This document shows, piece by piece, positions 62,601-64,000 of a stretch of 64,000 nucleotides of DNA. The translations under genes were made by a program, and so were the position numbers. Positions within the stretch are counted from its first letter, which is position 1. Each line of letters opens with the position of its first letter. The DNA is taken from contig JAUZTB010000064.1 in the NCBI GenBank assembly GCA_034780895.1, positions 113,182,645 through 113,246,644 on the forward strand, written 5' to 3'. The notes under the pieces were generated by a model. The model was not told the DNA's origin and did not search any database. It worked only from the letters and a program-made list of their open reading frames with translations. The stretch is from Rhynchobatus australiae (Eukaryota).

Positions 62601-63204
62601 CATCACCCAACTCNNNNNNNNNNNNNNNNNNNNNNNNNNNNNNNNNNNNNNNNNNNNNNNNNNNNNNNNNNNNNNNNNNNNNNNNNNNNNNNNNNNNNNN
62701 NNNNNNNNNNNNNGATGTGACATCAAATTGACAAAATAGAATTTAAAACTTTGAATTCTGGGAGTTTTATTATGAAGATTCCAAATTCATTTTGTGAAAT
62801 TCTGATTTGATTCATTATTTTTGGTGGCTTTCCCTGTTTAATTTTGATAATGCTAAACCAACCAATATTAAGGAGAGCTGGATAAAATGAGTTATTGAGG
62901 GAAATGGAGTTATATGAGCAGCTGATTGAACATTATTTCAGAATCTCTAGGCATTGATGTTAAGTTTATTGCTACAGCCCAACCCTGATACTCATTTGAT
63001 GCTGTTGTCAACATTCCCTGTTTACAGGAACAGCTATTAATATATAACAAAGGATGAATTTCATCTTAATTATTGGAACCATCTTTATTTTTAAGATGTG
63101 CATTGAGATTAAACTCCAAAGAACTTTTGTTCTGAATATTATATTAAATATATTTTAAACATAAAATTACAGAAATCTATGACACCTTACAGAAAGCAAT
63201 TTTT

Positions 63205-63555
63205 TATAAATGGTTGCCTTCATCGGCAATCCCTTGGGATTGAGGATAACTTTCATTTAGGTATTGTGTGTTCGGAGGTGGACAATGTGGGAACTGCAGA
63301 CTCTCTCACAAATCTAGTAGTTGGTGGCTGACAAGACAGGTGGGTGTGTAGTCTGTAATGTAGTTCCACTCCTTCCGTCACTTACGCAGCACCTTTATGT
63401 ACTCCCATTGCACATCTTTCAAGTTCTCAATACTATCCCAATTGCTTCTTCTCCACTTTAAGTGGTCATAGGCCAGAAGTTGGTGAGGATTCTTCGAGGA
63501 GGCTCTGACCACATTCTTGAATCTTTTCTCTGTCTGCCTTTTAATCTTTTCCCAT
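63205..63555 (-). mobile_element. RTE-clade LINE 3' end
   Basis: cttcatcggcaatcccttgggattgaggataact terminal motif, as at 53725 and 47160. Confidence 0.7.
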
Positions 63556-63559
63556 GATG

Positions 63560-63830
63560 TGCTGTTATTGTGGTAATGTGGGAAATGTGGCAGTCAATTT
63601 GCATGCAATAACTTCCCACAAATAACAATGTGATAATGATCAGCTGATCTGTTTTTCTTAAGTGAGGTTGATTGAGAGATTAATATTACCCATGATATAG
63701 GGACTTAAATTCCCTACTTGAAGGAATCTTTTGCACCTCTAAGTGACAGCAGATAGGGTCTCAATTTAATATTTCATTAAAAGACAGACCCTCCATTCCG
63801 CAGTACTGCACTGGAGTCATTGGAATTGCA
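63560..63830 (-). mobile_element. DeuSINE
   Basis: gtaatgtgggaaatgtggcagtcaatttgcatgcaataacttcccacaaataacaatgtgataatgatcag...cagtactgcactggagt. Confidence 0.75.
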
Positions 63831-64000
63831 CTCAAAAGAAAAAGGAATACAACGTCAGCCCCTATTGTGCATTGACCACAAGTACCCAAGGACAAATTTC
63901 TACCCCCTATTGTTCACCCATTCATCCTATTTTGTCCACGCTGGCCAAAAAGGAGCTAATTAAGTTAATGCTGCTTCATAATTCTCTGTCCATAGCCCAC

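Overview
AT-rich, CpG-depleted vertebrate genomic DNA from a gapped draft assembly. The repeat content (CR1 LINEs with SGNH-esterase ORF1, Penelope-like elements with hammerhead motifs, V-SINEs, DeuSINE and AmnSINE2-like SINEs, RTE, L2 and Rex/Babar fragments) points to a cartilaginous fish, probably a ray or other batoid (inference). I recognise no intact host protein-coding exon, so the window looks intronic or intergenic. The main observation is a heavily decayed, internally rearranged ~7 kb fossil at ~12.3-19.1 kb on the minus strand. Read across stops and frameshifts, it gives the order zinc finger(s) - ubiquitin-specific protease (USP/peptidase C19: Cys box, Q..A.EFL, Zn-ribbon, His box) - reverse transcriptase - CCHC - restriction-like endonuclease. 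That would be an R2/NeSL/Utopia-type non-LTR retrotransposon carrying a USP-type deubiquitinase, an architecture I do not know to be described. All family assignments are by eye, from remembered motifs rather than database searches, and boundaries are approximate.
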